Origin: Mobula hypostoma | Taxonomy: Eukaryota | Direction of reading: 5' to 3' | Assembly (NCBI RefSeq): GCF_963921235.1 | Contig: NC_086118.1 | Location: forward strand, 15,316,001 to 15,380,000 | Length of the DNA stretch: 64,000 nucleotides | Shown here: positions 1 through 11,699 of the stretch, piece by piece | How positions within the stretch are numbered: the first letter of the stretch is position 1 | Layout of the letters: the number at the start of each line of letters is the position of its first letter | Made by a program: the position numbers and the translations under genes | Notes under the pieces: generated by a model | Databases searched by the model: none | What the model was told of the DNA's origin: nothing | Seen by the model: the letters and a program-made list of their open reading frames with translations, nothing else

Positions 1-160
1 TCCTTACAAAATATGGAGTATTGAATTGCATTGTAGCTATTCAAACACACAATTAAGAATTTTTTGGTTAATGCAGGAATACATCAGGACTATAATTGTA
101 GTGCAGAATACAATTCCTGTTTTACAACTACAGTATAACTTTTGCTACTATACTGTATAG

Positions 161-326
161 ATTCTGGCAGACTGGAAACAAAAGCATGAGGAAACCCATG
201 CTGAGCTGGAGGCTGCTCAGAAGGAATCACGAGGTCTAAGTACTGAGATCTTCAAGATGAAGAATGCATATGAGGAGGCTCTGGAGCAACTCGAAACTCT
301 TAAACGAGAGAACAAGAATCTACAAC
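161..326 (+). CDS. MYH: Myosin heavy chain gene 1, rod exon (166 bp), [55 protein letters not shown]
   Basis: tag acceptor at 160, gtaagt donor at 327; translation is sarcomeric myosin LMM; size fits the conserved 166-bp MYH exon. Family-level symbol only. Confidence 0.97.
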
Positions 327-605
327 GTAAGTGCAAAACTGTGCCTGTCACGTAAATGTTTTAAATTGTTGAACTTATTGAACCACTGGAAATTAAGACT
401 ACCTGGTCCAGATTTAACTAAAACTGCCTGCATAATGGAACAGTGAAAGAGACAGTAATTATTTCGTGCTGAAATCCTGACGCTGTGAAGGACTGTTCAG
501 ACATTCTGATAGCACCACCCTTATTGCTTCAAAATCTACTTCAAATTAAATCTCAGTTTTAACCAACAAAATAGACCTAATTTGAAATTCACTTCCATGA
601 AACAG

Positions 606-730
606 AGGAGATTTCTGATCTGACTGAGCAACTGGGTGAAAGTGGAAAGGCTCTCCATGAGATGGAAAAGGCAAAGAAGACAGCTGAACAGGAGAAGAGT
701 GAAATTCAGTCTGCTTTGGAGGAGGCAGAG
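606..730 (+). CDS. MYH: MYH gene 1 exon (125 bp), [21 protein letters not shown]...ALEEAE
   Basis: cag/gt boundaries, phase continues from the previous exon. Confidence 0.97.
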
Positions 731-1159
731 GTAAAATATATTTAATTATACTGAACTTTAGACCAAATGGTCAGGCAGGTTTGTCACACCCGCTGAATGC
801 ATGAAGAGTTTTCACATCTATATAGACTTAAAATGGCTAAATTCAAAAGGAACAGGCTAAACAGTAAAAGATGATTACTCTTCTCAAAGCATAGGCTCCT
901 TACCTTGGAATAAACAGCAAGATTTAAATTAATTCTTTATAGCAAATTGCTAAGAGTTTACAGTTATACTTTAAGGCAGACCTTATTAACAGAAGAGAGT
1001 GGATTGAAGGGCTCCTAGAAAAGTAAATGCTGAAATTATTTAGTCAGCCAACCACATCAGTAGAAATGGAACTGGTTTATTTTGGAAATTCATCACCAGT
1101 TAGTAATGCTATAAATTATATATCATGAAATTAATTTCATAGGTACTGCACACTGGATG

Positions 1160-1870
1160 AGAATTTCTAGGCACACTGTAGCTGGAGAGCATTAAAGCAC
1201 AGCTTCAGAAAGAAAGGATGTCCCCTTAGAAAAGAGATGAGGAGGAATTTCTTTAGCTGAAGAGTGGTGAGTCTGCGGAATTTATTGCCACAGACAGCCA
1301 CAAGGGCCAAGTCACTGGATATGTTTAAAGCAAGGTTGATAGGTTCTTTATTAGTATGACTGAGGAGAACCCAAGGGCAGGACACTGGCACGTCAACTGA
1401 GTTGGGGATGCTGGCGTAGACGTGAACATAGAACAGCAAACTGAGGAATCTTGACAAGGAGAAAGTATATACAGGGACTATCTTGAAACTAGAGCAGAAC
1501 TTGGAACTAAACTTAGAACTAACTGTTCTAAGCGGACAAGAGAATGAGGTATCACACGAGAATAAACCAACAAACTGAGAACCTGAAATAGAGAAGCCAT
1601 CGTACATTTTTCACAGTCTCTGATGAAAACGAGGTGTACTATAATTAGGTAAACTAGCAGCAATTGGAAATCTAATGACTGAAATCAGGGCATAATAAAG
1701 GAGAAAGGAGCATTAAAGGGGAACAGCCAAATGGAACAATGACATAGTAAGGGTATCAACGGTTAGGAGGAGAATGGTGTTGAGAGAGATTAGTAAATAA
1801 GCTATGATGGAACGGTGGAGCAGACTCAATGTGCTGAATGGCCTAATTCAGCTCCTGTGCCCTACGACCT
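1160..1870 (+). mobile_element. Split CR1 LINE 3' fragments in an intron (about 1160-1355 and 1760-1870)
   Basis: aggaatttctttagc...gagtggtg and gagcagactcaatg motifs shared with other CR1 3' ends in the window; boundaries approximate. Confidence 0.65.
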
Positions 1871-2737
1871 ACATGCATTTTCGGCACAAGTCCTTTCATT
1901 ATAGAGCAGTTATGAACTATAACATGATCTACTTTAAAACTCAAATGCATGCACTTTTATTTTGTATATTCCCAGAAGGATGCCAACACTAAGTTGCAAC
2001 CCCAGTTTACAAGATCAAGATGTAATGGGGTTTTAAACAGCTTGTTTGGCTTATAAGTAATAAACAGATATTAAAAAATGTTTTCTTCTGTCGTCACTGA
2101 GATACTTGGTCTGGCAAATATCCATTTAAAACCACTAAGCTGTTCATCTCTGCCAGCCCCACAACCACCATGCTCCTATAATTCTGACATTTTGCTCATC
2201 ATCAGTTTTAATCACACCACCACAGAGGTACCCACAACTACAATTCCCTCTTCCTCTTTTAAGCATATCCTTTCTCTTTCTATACACTTGTGCCATGATA
2301 TCAACTTAATGAATTTACACCTCACATAATTCTTCCCTAGGAGATAGGAATAAACGTAGTCACACGCTAGATAAAACAAACTCTTATACCTCATCAGTCA
2401 TTTGTAAATAGAGAAATGAAAATAGGTTGAAAGCATCCCCAAGAATGAGGTTCAGGAAAATTGCATTAGCTAATTTTCCAAATAGACTCGATGGGAGCAA
2501 AACGTATATCACTTGGAGACTTCTGCAATTCAGCATTCTACAATCTGCTCTGGTTCTAATAATTTTTGAAAGTGTAGGATGACAAAATCTGTAGAGTTGT
2601 TAAATTGATCACTGTGCATGAAGTAATTTTATAATGTAGTATTCCAGAAAGATACGTGAATTTAATGCATTGTATCAAAGCAACCTTTATGATAACAATG
2701 TGTGGACATACTCAAATTCACTTGACCCCTCTTGTAG

Positions 2738-3046
2738 GCCTCTCTGGAACATGAGGAGAGCAAGATCCTCCGTATTCAGCTGGAACTGAACCAAGTGAAA
2801 TCTGAAGTTGACAGGAAGATTGCAGAGAAAGACGAGGAGATTGATCAGGTGAAGAGGAACCATCAGAGAGTTGTGGACACGATGCAAAGTGCTTTGGAGG
2901 CTGAAGTCAGGAGCAGAAATGATGCTCTTAGAATCAAGAAGAAAATGGAGGGCGATCTAAATGAAATGGAGATTCAGCTGGGACACGCCAATCGTCAGGC
3001 CTCAGAAGCTCAGAAACATCTCAGAAACCTGCAGGGTCAATTAAAG
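2738..3046 (+). CDS. MYH: MYH gene 1 exon (309 bp), [21 protein letters not shown]...LQGQLK
   Basis: tag/gt boundaries; overlaps ORF 2795..3097. Confidence 0.97.
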
Positions 3047-3297
3047 GTTTGTATGATGGGGGAATTAATTCCTTGTTTACATTTAATTGGTACTTAGCTC
3101 CAAATATTATGCAATTATCTATCATCATAAAATGTGATATTTACATAATTAAGTTTTGCTAATAATACTTTGCTTGCAATTTGAAATTTTAAGCAAAAAT
3201 AAACTTTTCATTGAATTTTAAATTTACATGAATACAATGTGAATATGAAGAATTTATTGTAATATCTGATAACAAAGGAATCCTGCTTTCTAAACAG

Positions 3298-3501
3298 GAC
3301 ACACAGTTACAGCTGGATGATGCTTGCAGAAGTCAAGAAGACTTGAAGGAGCAGTTAGCCATGGTGGAACGCAGAAGTGGTTTGCAACAGGCTGAGATTG
3401 AAGAAATGAGAGCAGCTCTGGAACAGACAGACAGATCTCGCAAAATTGCTGAGCAAGAGCTGGTTGATGTCAGTGAGAGGGTTACACTGCTGCACACTCA
3501 G
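3298..3501 (+). CDS. MYH: MYH gene 1 exon (204 bp), DTQLQLDDA...VTLLHTQ
   Basis: cag/gt boundaries, in-frame myosin rod. Confidence 0.97.
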
Positions 3502-3695
3502 GTTTGTCTCCCCTCACTTTGAATCCAATGCGCATGCAGATCCTGCTATATACCGGCATGGTGCTAAGGTTACAAACTAAAATTGCTCAGAAGTGGAGAA
3601 GCTTCAGGATGAACTTAACAGCAGAATCTTATTGTTATTTTCAGTTAATTATCCTGTCCAGCAGCCTACCTGGCTTATGAGAAAGTCCTCTATTG

Positions 3696-4230
3696 ATAGT
3701 CATAGTCATAGTCATACTTTATTGATCCCGGGGGAAATTGGTTTTTGTTACAGTTGCACCATAAATAATTAAATAGTAATAAAACCATAAATAGTTAAAT
3801 AGTAATATGTAAATTATGCCAGGAAATAAGTCCAGGACTAGCCGACTGGCTCAGGGTGTCTGACCCTCCAAGGGAGGAGTTGTAAAGTTTGATGGCCACA
3901 GGCAGGAATGACTTCCTATGATGCTCTGTGTTGCATCTCGGTGGAATGAGTCTCTGGCTGAATGTACTCCTGTGCCCAACCAGTACATTATGTAGTGGAC
4001 GGGAGACATTGTTCAATATGGCATGCAACTTGGACAGCATCCTCGTTTCAGACACCACCGTCAGAGAGTCCAGATCCATCCCCACAACATCACTGGCCTT
4101 ACAAATGAGTTTGTTGATTCTGTTGGTGTCTGCTACCCTCAGCCTGCTGCTCCAGCACACAATAGCAAACATGATCGCACTGGCCACCACAGACTCATAG
4201 AACATCCTCAGCATCATCCGGCAGATGTTA
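3696..4230 (-). mobile_element. 5'-truncated Rex1/Babar-type LINE in an intron
   Basis: ORF 3795..4217 (MFYESVVASAIMFAIVCW...KSFLPVAIKLYN); (GACTAT)n tail; near-identical to the copy at 28339-29206. Confidence 0.85.
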
Positions 4231-4539
4231 GAAGGCTATAGTTTGCTGGGCACGTTCACTGAAATGTTTTCAGTTTCTGGGAATCATGCAATACATACCC
4301 AATACAGTATTGGAAACTAATTTAATAATAAGTGTCTAAATCTCTCCACAGCATGACATCAAATATCCCTTCCATAGAACCATTGGCAGCAATATAGGTG
4401 TTCAGATGATGATTGATGATGCACTCTCTATTTTGTTTTTACATAGTTATTGCAACAATGTTCCACCCACCAGCACTGTGGTTTGATATTAACATTGGTT
4501 ATCCCATAAAACTTTTTCAAAAATTGTCTTTTCTTGCAG

Positions 4540-4665
4540 AACACAAGCCTCATCAATACAAAGAAGAAGCTGGATGCCGACCTGAACCACCTTCAGTCTG
4601 AAATGGAAGAAACTATCCAGGAGTCAAGAAATGCTGAAGAGAAAGCCAAGAAGGCTATCACTGAT
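4540..4665 (+). CDS. MYH: MYH gene 1 exon (126 bp), [14 protein letters not shown]...KAKKAITD
   Basis: cag/gt boundaries, in-frame myosin rod. Confidence 0.97.
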
Positions 4666-4747
4666 GTAAATCAGAAGTTTTTTTAAAATATAAATACTGA
4701 TTCTTATTTTAACTATCTTACTGGTATGATTTAGATTTTGAGCTTGA

Positions 4748-4993
<246 letters not shown>

Positions 4994-5040
4994 TAGGAAA
5001 CGAATAGATATTAACAAATCTCATTTGCTGGCTGATTTAG

Positions 5041-5145
5041 GTGCGCGAGCTGGAAAATGAGCTGGAAGCTGAGCAGAAACACGGTGCTGATGCCATTAAA
5101 GGTGTTCGCAAGTACGAGAGAAGAGTCAAGGAACTGACATATCAG
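5041..5145 (+). CDS. MYH: MYH gene 1 exon (105 bp), [13 protein letters not shown]...VKELTYQ
   Basis: tag/gt boundaries, in frame. Confidence 0.97.
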
Positions 5146-5249
5146 GTACTGCAAGGGAGTGATTAGGAGTGGCATGAACTGTGGGATATAGCAATACTTA
5201 TTAATCTTCAAACTGAGCACAAATTTTGCTTCTTTCATGATTTTCACAG

Positions 5250-5345
5250 TCAGAGGAAGACAGAAAGAATGTCCTGAGACTACAGGACTTGGTTGACAAG
5301 CTGCAGCTGAAGGTTAAGGCCTACAAGAGACAATGTGAGGAGTCT
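5250..5345 (+). CDS. MYH: MYH gene 1 exon (96 bp), [32 protein letters not shown]
   Basis: cag/gtaagt boundaries, in frame. Confidence 0.97.
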
Positions 5346-6145
5346 GTAAGTAATTCTAGTTCAAATTACATGTTCAATAGTTTTATGCATTTTTATGATA
5401 CAAAACTTTAAATATTCAGACCTGTTTCAGTTATGTGTGTCAATCCACAATACTTTATGACCTTAAAGCAGAAACCACAAGCCCCTTTGATCCCCATAGC
5501 CTTTAACTTTGAGCCATTTAGTAAGTAACTTCATTTCTTAGTCTGAAGTGAATGACCTGGGAATTGCCTAAAACCCATTTACCACATTTGCCAATTTGTA
5601 ATTAAAACTTCTTTCAACATTGCCTATGGCAGTGCACATCATTCTGTCCGTGGAAGATTTGTATATTTGACTTGCTTTACTTTTTTTGAAGTATAGTGGT
5701 TAATTGTAATTAAACATAAATTCTTGCAAAGCGTCACAAGACAAAATCTTAATAATAAATACATACTCATTATCTCTGTTCTTAGTCATTGCCAAATAAG
5801 ATAAAATTATAACAGGAAGGATTCCAATTCAACCGAAGACATCAGCAAATGCTTTAAGATATAGTAAAACAATTTTGGTCTGTCTATGCTGTGTTTAAAT
5901 TCAATTATGTATATGCAAAAGATCAAATATACTAAGCAGTCCAATTTCCAGTCTTCACTCATAACAATGCATACAGAAGTCACTGGGATACAATAATTTT
6001 CAGTTGTATGACCATTGCTATTTAAAGTGGTCACTGGTCTGACAAAATATTAAAATTTATAGGAGTGCCAAGTGATTATTTATATTTTCCTATTACCAGT
6101 GGTTCAGCCTGCAATCTAATGATGTCTCATACTATATTCCTATAG

Positions 6146-6280
6146 GAGGAACAGGCCAACATGCACCTGTCCAAGTTCAGGAAGGTGCAGCATGAACTGG
6201 AGGAAGCCGAGGAACGTGCTGACATTGCAGAGTCTCAAGTCAACAAACTCAGAACTAAAACCCGGGAGATTTCTACAAAG
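6146..6280 (+). CDS. MYH: MYH gene 1 penultimate exon (135 bp), [45 protein letters not shown]
   Basis: tag/gt boundaries, in frame. Confidence 0.97.
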
Positions 6281-6304
6281 GTATTGTGGCTCAAGTAACT
6301 TTAA

Positions 6305-6745
6305 CTATAAGACCATGAGACACAGGAGCAGAATTAGGCCATTTGGCCCATCGAGTCTGCTCCGCCATTCAATCATGGCTGCTCCTGGCTCAACCCCGAT
6401 TTCCGGCCTTCTCCCCGTCACCTTTGATGCCATGTCCAATCAAGAACCTATCAATCTCTACCTTATATACACCCAGCAACCTGGCCTCCACAGCTGCATA
6501 TGGCAACAAATTCACCACCCTTTGGCTAAAGAAATTTCTCCTCATCTCTGCTTTGAAAGGCCGCTGTGCCCTGTTGTCCTTGACTCTCCCACGAAGGGAA
6601 ACATCCTGTCCACATCTCCTCCCTCTCGGCCTTTCCACATTCGAAAGGTTTCAATGAGATCTTCCCACCCGCGCCCCCCAATCCATCTGAATTCTAGTGA
6701 GTACAAATATCCCTCATTTGATAACCATTTCATTCCTGGAATCAT
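6305..6745 (-). mobile_element. CR1 LINE 3' fragment in the last intron
   Basis: RRNFFSQRVVNL motif in ORF 6390..6638; CR1-type 3' end. Confidence 0.85.
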
Positions 6746-6879
6746 TAATTATAGTGGTAATTAATTTAAATTTACATATACTTTTGTTTGTAATAATCAT
6801 ATACTGGAAACATAACTAAAAAACTTGTATTGTTTCATTGCATCAAACCAACAATTCGCATTTCCTTTTCATCTATTAG

Positions 6880-6894
6880 AGCGCTGAAGAGTAG
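6880..6894 (+). CDS. MYH: MYH gene 1 terminal coding exon, SAEE-stop
   Basis: pyrimidine tract and tag at 6879; AGC GCT GAA GAG TAG; typical EE end; followed by short 3'UTR and AATAAA. Confidence 0.9.
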   Translation, partial: SAEE

Positions 6895-6987
6895 AAGGCA
6901 AGATGAAATGGTCCAAAGAAGAAATCCTCAAAATGTGTATTTCTCTGTAACATACAGTAGTTTTATAAATTAAGTGATAACTAAAGA

Positions 6988-6993
6988 AATAAA
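6988..6993 (+). terminator. Polyadenylation signal of MYH gene 1
   Basis: AATAAA about 95 nt after the stop, followed by T/GT-rich sequence. Confidence 0.8.
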
Positions 6994-7899
6994 AGTGCAA
7001 CACTGAAAAATCATTTTTCTTGTCAATTTGCCTTTGTTGGATGATTCAGTAATTATAGAAGGATAAAACATAAACAGAAATTAGTTTTATTGCAATCATA
7101 AATATTGGTGAGTATAGAATGGGAATATTAGAATTAGTCACACCTTCAGAAGTAAGTGAAAACCAGAAAGAAAATGGAGATGCAGGAAGCTAAAAACAAA
7201 TAGAAAATGCTGAAAGCACTCAACAATTCAGGCCAAATCTGTGGAAGAACAAAGAGTTATTTCCTCAACCTGAACAATTAATTCAGTTTTTCTTCCCATC
7301 TTTTCTATTTTCTGTTTATATTATACCTCCATCAGAACATTCGAAGGGAAACTTGTCTGTAAAATATGTTCATCCAAACTGTGATACCTAGGTCAATTTG
7401 TGTTCTTGGCCCAATTAACTATTTTCCCTTGAGCTGCAGGTGTCTCTTTTACCACCCACCCTGCCATCAATAGTTCGTATTTGAAGTGGCCATGTGCAGA
7501 GTCACTGACCTTGCCTGCAATTGCCACAAGTACACTTCCTGAAACAGGACTGGTTGGGAAGTGCACCAGGAGAGTGATTATGACAACTGTAAAGTCTTAG
7601 GTCCATTTTATCTCCTGTTGGCACCACCAAAAACTCTTTTAAAATCACTTTATATTAAAAAAGCCAACCTTTTCCTGGCAGCTTTTGTTCAGGCCACGGA
7701 GAGGAACAACAGGAAAATCAGGAACAGATACAGGCAATTCAGGATAACGGCTGAACTTTTCCTCAGTGTCGCTCCACTGTAATATCTTCATTAATATTAA
7801 AATTAATATTGTCTTAAGCATACTCAGTAAATGAGCCATCACTGCCTTCTAGTAAAGACATTTCTTATCTCAGTCTTTATCTGAGTCTTTATTTTCAGA

Positions 7900-8410
7900 C
7901 TGATTGATCTTACTTTGATACTCCAGCCAGGAGCTACAGCAGTTCTGCATCTATCTTGTCAAGCCCTGTGAGGATGTCTTTGTTTAAATGAGATCAGCTG
8001 TCATTCTTTTGGGATCCTATACCCAGTTAGTTTAATTTCACATCAGAGAACAAAACTCTAAGCCCCAGGAATCAATCTGATGAACCTTCAATGTACTCGC
8101 TCTCTCAAAACTTTATTCCTTCTTGGAATGAGAAACAAGAACAATGCACTACATTGTAGGTGTAGATTCAGTCTCCTTAATCTCTCTTCAGAGAACAAAG
8201 CTCTGAATCCCAGGAATAAATCCGATGAACCTTCAATGTACTCACACTCTCAAATGCATATTCCTTCTCAGAACGAGAACCAAGAGTAGTGGACCATATC
8301 GGTGTGGTCTCACCAGGTATTAATATGATTGTAGTAATATTTCTTTACACTTACATTCAAATTCTCCTGCACTAAAGGCACACATTCCATTTGCCATCCA
8401 CAATGCTACT
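7900..8410 (-). mobile_element. Old CR1 remnant with an internal ~145 bp tandem duplication
   Basis: cagagaacaaa...gatgaaccttcaatgtactc occurs at about 8044 and 8189. Confidence 0.55.
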
Positions 8411-9490
8411 TTAAAGCATCAAATTATGCACTGTTCCCATTTCAAGAATCTATCTTAATTTTGGCTTCAGAACATTTGGATTAGGAATTCAAACATTTGG
8501 TGAAGAATATATAAGATTTTATTTCTTTTTTACTGTTTAACTGGCTCAAGGCTGACATATTATTAAAGTTTTTACATAATCTCTGAAGATCTCTTTATTT
8601 GTAAATTAGAACAATCTTAATATTGATTTGACAATAAGTTAAAAAATCTAATCGACAAAAATAATCATTTTGCACAAAAGGGTTTTTTGATTACCTTATA
8701 CCCTTTTATTCTCATTTAATTTTTAATGTCTGATGTAATTGCTAGTTTTACCTCTACTTGGGCTGACTGTATTTTATTTGTCTTAGTTGCCATCTTTGCA
8801 CTTAAAGACCATCAACCATGACCTGAGAAAAAAAACCTGAAAAAATGATCTATTTTCAGATAATAAATTGAGAGCTTTGTTTCAGTATATTATAGATATT
8901 TTATTTTTATAGAAACAACAATAGATGATTCTTTCGAGTTATAAAAATGTTTACACTAATAACTTTAAACTGTTTTATTGAGCTAGTTATTTCCAATTTC
9001 TGGGAGGACTTAATTATTCAAATAGAAAGAACATTTTCAATAAATGTTCTGAGTTTAACTTGTTTGTTCAGATAATTCTACTTCATTGGATTACATTGTC
9101 AATATGAATTAAACAGATTGGGAACAGAATACAGATTGACTTTGGAAAGAAGGAGCTGCACTGGTATGAAGGAAGTAGGACGAAAGAGTAACTTGCATTG
9201 ATATGGTACTACATTGTTTGCAGGATATCCCACACACTTTACTACTGATTAGAAATGTTAGTACAGTACTTGAAAAGTGCAGTGATGCATGGGCAGAGAG
9301 GCAGAAAATCTAACAGTTCCATTTATGCCCAGTAATAATGTACAAAAAGTGACATAATGGCCAAATTATTTTTCATAACATAATTAATTCAGTGAAAAAT
9401 ATTAACGAGAGAAATATTCTCCTCCTCTTACTGGAATTAGCATCCACCATGATAACAGACAAGGATTTGATCTAAACTATTGTCACTGCA

Positions 9491-9678
9491 GCAACACACA
9501 CATAATGGTAGCGAAACCCAGCATGACAGGCAGCATCTATGGGAAAAAGTACAGCCAACGTTTCAAGCCGAAACCCTTCGACAGTCCTTTTTCGATAGAT
9601 GCTGCCTGGCCTGCTAAGCTTCTCCAGCATTTTCTGTATGTTGCTCAGATTTCCAGCATCTCCAAATTTTCTCTTGCT
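9491..9678. mobile_element. Penelope-derived foldback mini-element
   Basis: inverted PLE-terminus arms; TSD tattgtcactgca 9478-9490 and tattgtcattgca 9679-9691. Confidence 0.8.
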
Positions 9679-11079
9679 TATTGTCATTGCAACACTTCAT
9701 CAGAAATAGCTCCCCAAAATACCAAAGAGAATTGGGTAGGTAATTAATCTGTGATTGTTCACTGGGTTGCTGACAACATGTTAAATTGATAATGGATTGA
9801 TTTTTGCTTGTAGTCTGCCCTCCTTAATGTCTGACTTTCTCAACAATCTGCATTCGATAACTATTGGGTTAGTGTCACAACTTCAATCCCACTGTAAAAA
9901 ATAAGATAATTAGAACCTACGAGCGCAGAATGTGTGAGTCCAGCAATTGTCTATCTCCTTATTCAACAAGAATCATCAATGAACAGTTTGAAGCACATAC
10001 CAAGAAAGGTGGTTAAAATACTGACCTCAATGTCAAACCAATATAAGAAGGGAAAGAAAGGCAAGATAATAATTTAGATCATCAAAAAGGAATGAGAAGT
10101 AAGCGAAATGATTTATGAATACTTCACAATTCTAAAGCTTGAGTAACTAGAATCCATTTACTTTCAGAGCTGGAATAAAATCCAACATGCTGTTATAATG
10201 CAGTGGACAAGCTTACCTTTTCTGGTACGCATTGAAAACTGGGGAAGCATTACAACTGCATGTTTACTTCACTGTTGAATCATGTTGAGTCACACCAATT
10301 TGGTCTGGTATCCTGGGCTGGAAAAATTGCCTGTGAATGCCCATACTTCAGCTTGGAAATCAAGAACTGAATATGCAGGAAATCTGCAATGAAACACCAA
10401 GTGCTGAAAATTCTCAGCAGGTTAGGCGACATTCTTGGATTCATTCTACTCACACATTTCAGAAACGTCCTGCAGGGGGCCATATAATGAAAAGAATCCA
10501 CTGCGGGAAACTATTCTAAATCAATGGATGTTTTTTGGTGAATTGCTACTTTGATTTTTTTTTGGCAGACAGAAAGTGCTGAAACCATGCAGCTATACTC
10601 TCTGTAATTTTCGCTGAGGTTATAAAATTTGGTATAACTTGAATGCCAAGAACACGATATGCTTGCGACTTCGGGAGTGGCGGACTCATAGATTTTCTGA
10701 ACTATTAGTTATTACTGCTATTAATACTGCAACACATTTTAATAAGTTTCTGTAATGATTGTCCAGTGTATTAACAAATTTCCCTATTAACCCAGAGAGA
10801 TTAAAAGAAGTGCAGAACCCTGAACAGTTTAAAAAGAGCATTAAGATCCAGGGCTCTCAACAGTGGAAACAGCACAGCAGACATTAGCAGGTGAGCCAGC
10901 TGGCAAACCACTGGGATTTCAAAATGTCAGGTAGCAGCTCATCAGCTTACCCACATTTCTATAACATGTGCATAGTTGCACAATAGTTTAACAGAAGACT
11001 ACCTCATTAACACAAGATTTTAATTGAATAACCTCTAAACTAATTTAAATGTTAATTTGGTTCTGATAGAAGAACCAAT

Positions 11080-11650
11080 AGAGGCTGCAATCTGGAGTGA
11101 AAAGCAAATTGCTGCAGGAAATCAAACAGCATCTGTGGAGGCAGAGGGACAGGAGCATCAAAACCCTCCATTAGCATTGAGTGAACCAATATAAATAAAG
11201 TGATGGTGAAATCAGATGAGGCAGGTGGGAGAGGGTAGCTGGTGTGTGGCCAGGTGGGGGTAGATGGAAGCAGTTGGGGGAAGTGGAGGCTGGTGATAGA
11301 GAAAGGGGCTGCTTAGATAAGTGGATAAACAAAAAAAACTGTAGATTTGGAAGTCTGATAAGTAGACACATCTCAGAGTTGTATTTTGATACATAGTTTG
11401 ATAATACAATGAACCTTTGAACTTTCAGCACCAAATAAAGGAGGCATAATGAAAGGATGAGGAGGGGTGGTGATGCGATGGAATGACACTGCATGAAGCC
11501 TGGGGAGAACCTGGGTGAACCAGAAGAGGGAGAGGAGCACAGGGGGGCGCAGTTTCCTTATATTTGGAAAAATCAATGTTCATACCATTGTTTTGCAGAC
11601 ACTACTCAGGCAGAAAAGCAAGTGGTGGTCTTGTTTGGTCTCAGCCTGGC
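11080..11650 (-). mobile_element. Degraded Penelope-like 3' fragment
   Basis: purine-rich tract and ttggaaaaatcaatgttcatacc, matching the GIY-YIG C-terminal region of other PLE copies. Confidence 0.65.
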
Positions 11651-11699
11651 AATGAAATTGTACTAATACTGACACCAACACTATTAAGGCTCTTCGATC

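Noticed and set aside
6192..6764. 190-aa ORF as an alternative myosin C-terminus
   Set aside because: It is out of frame with the exon and runs through antisense CR1 sequence.
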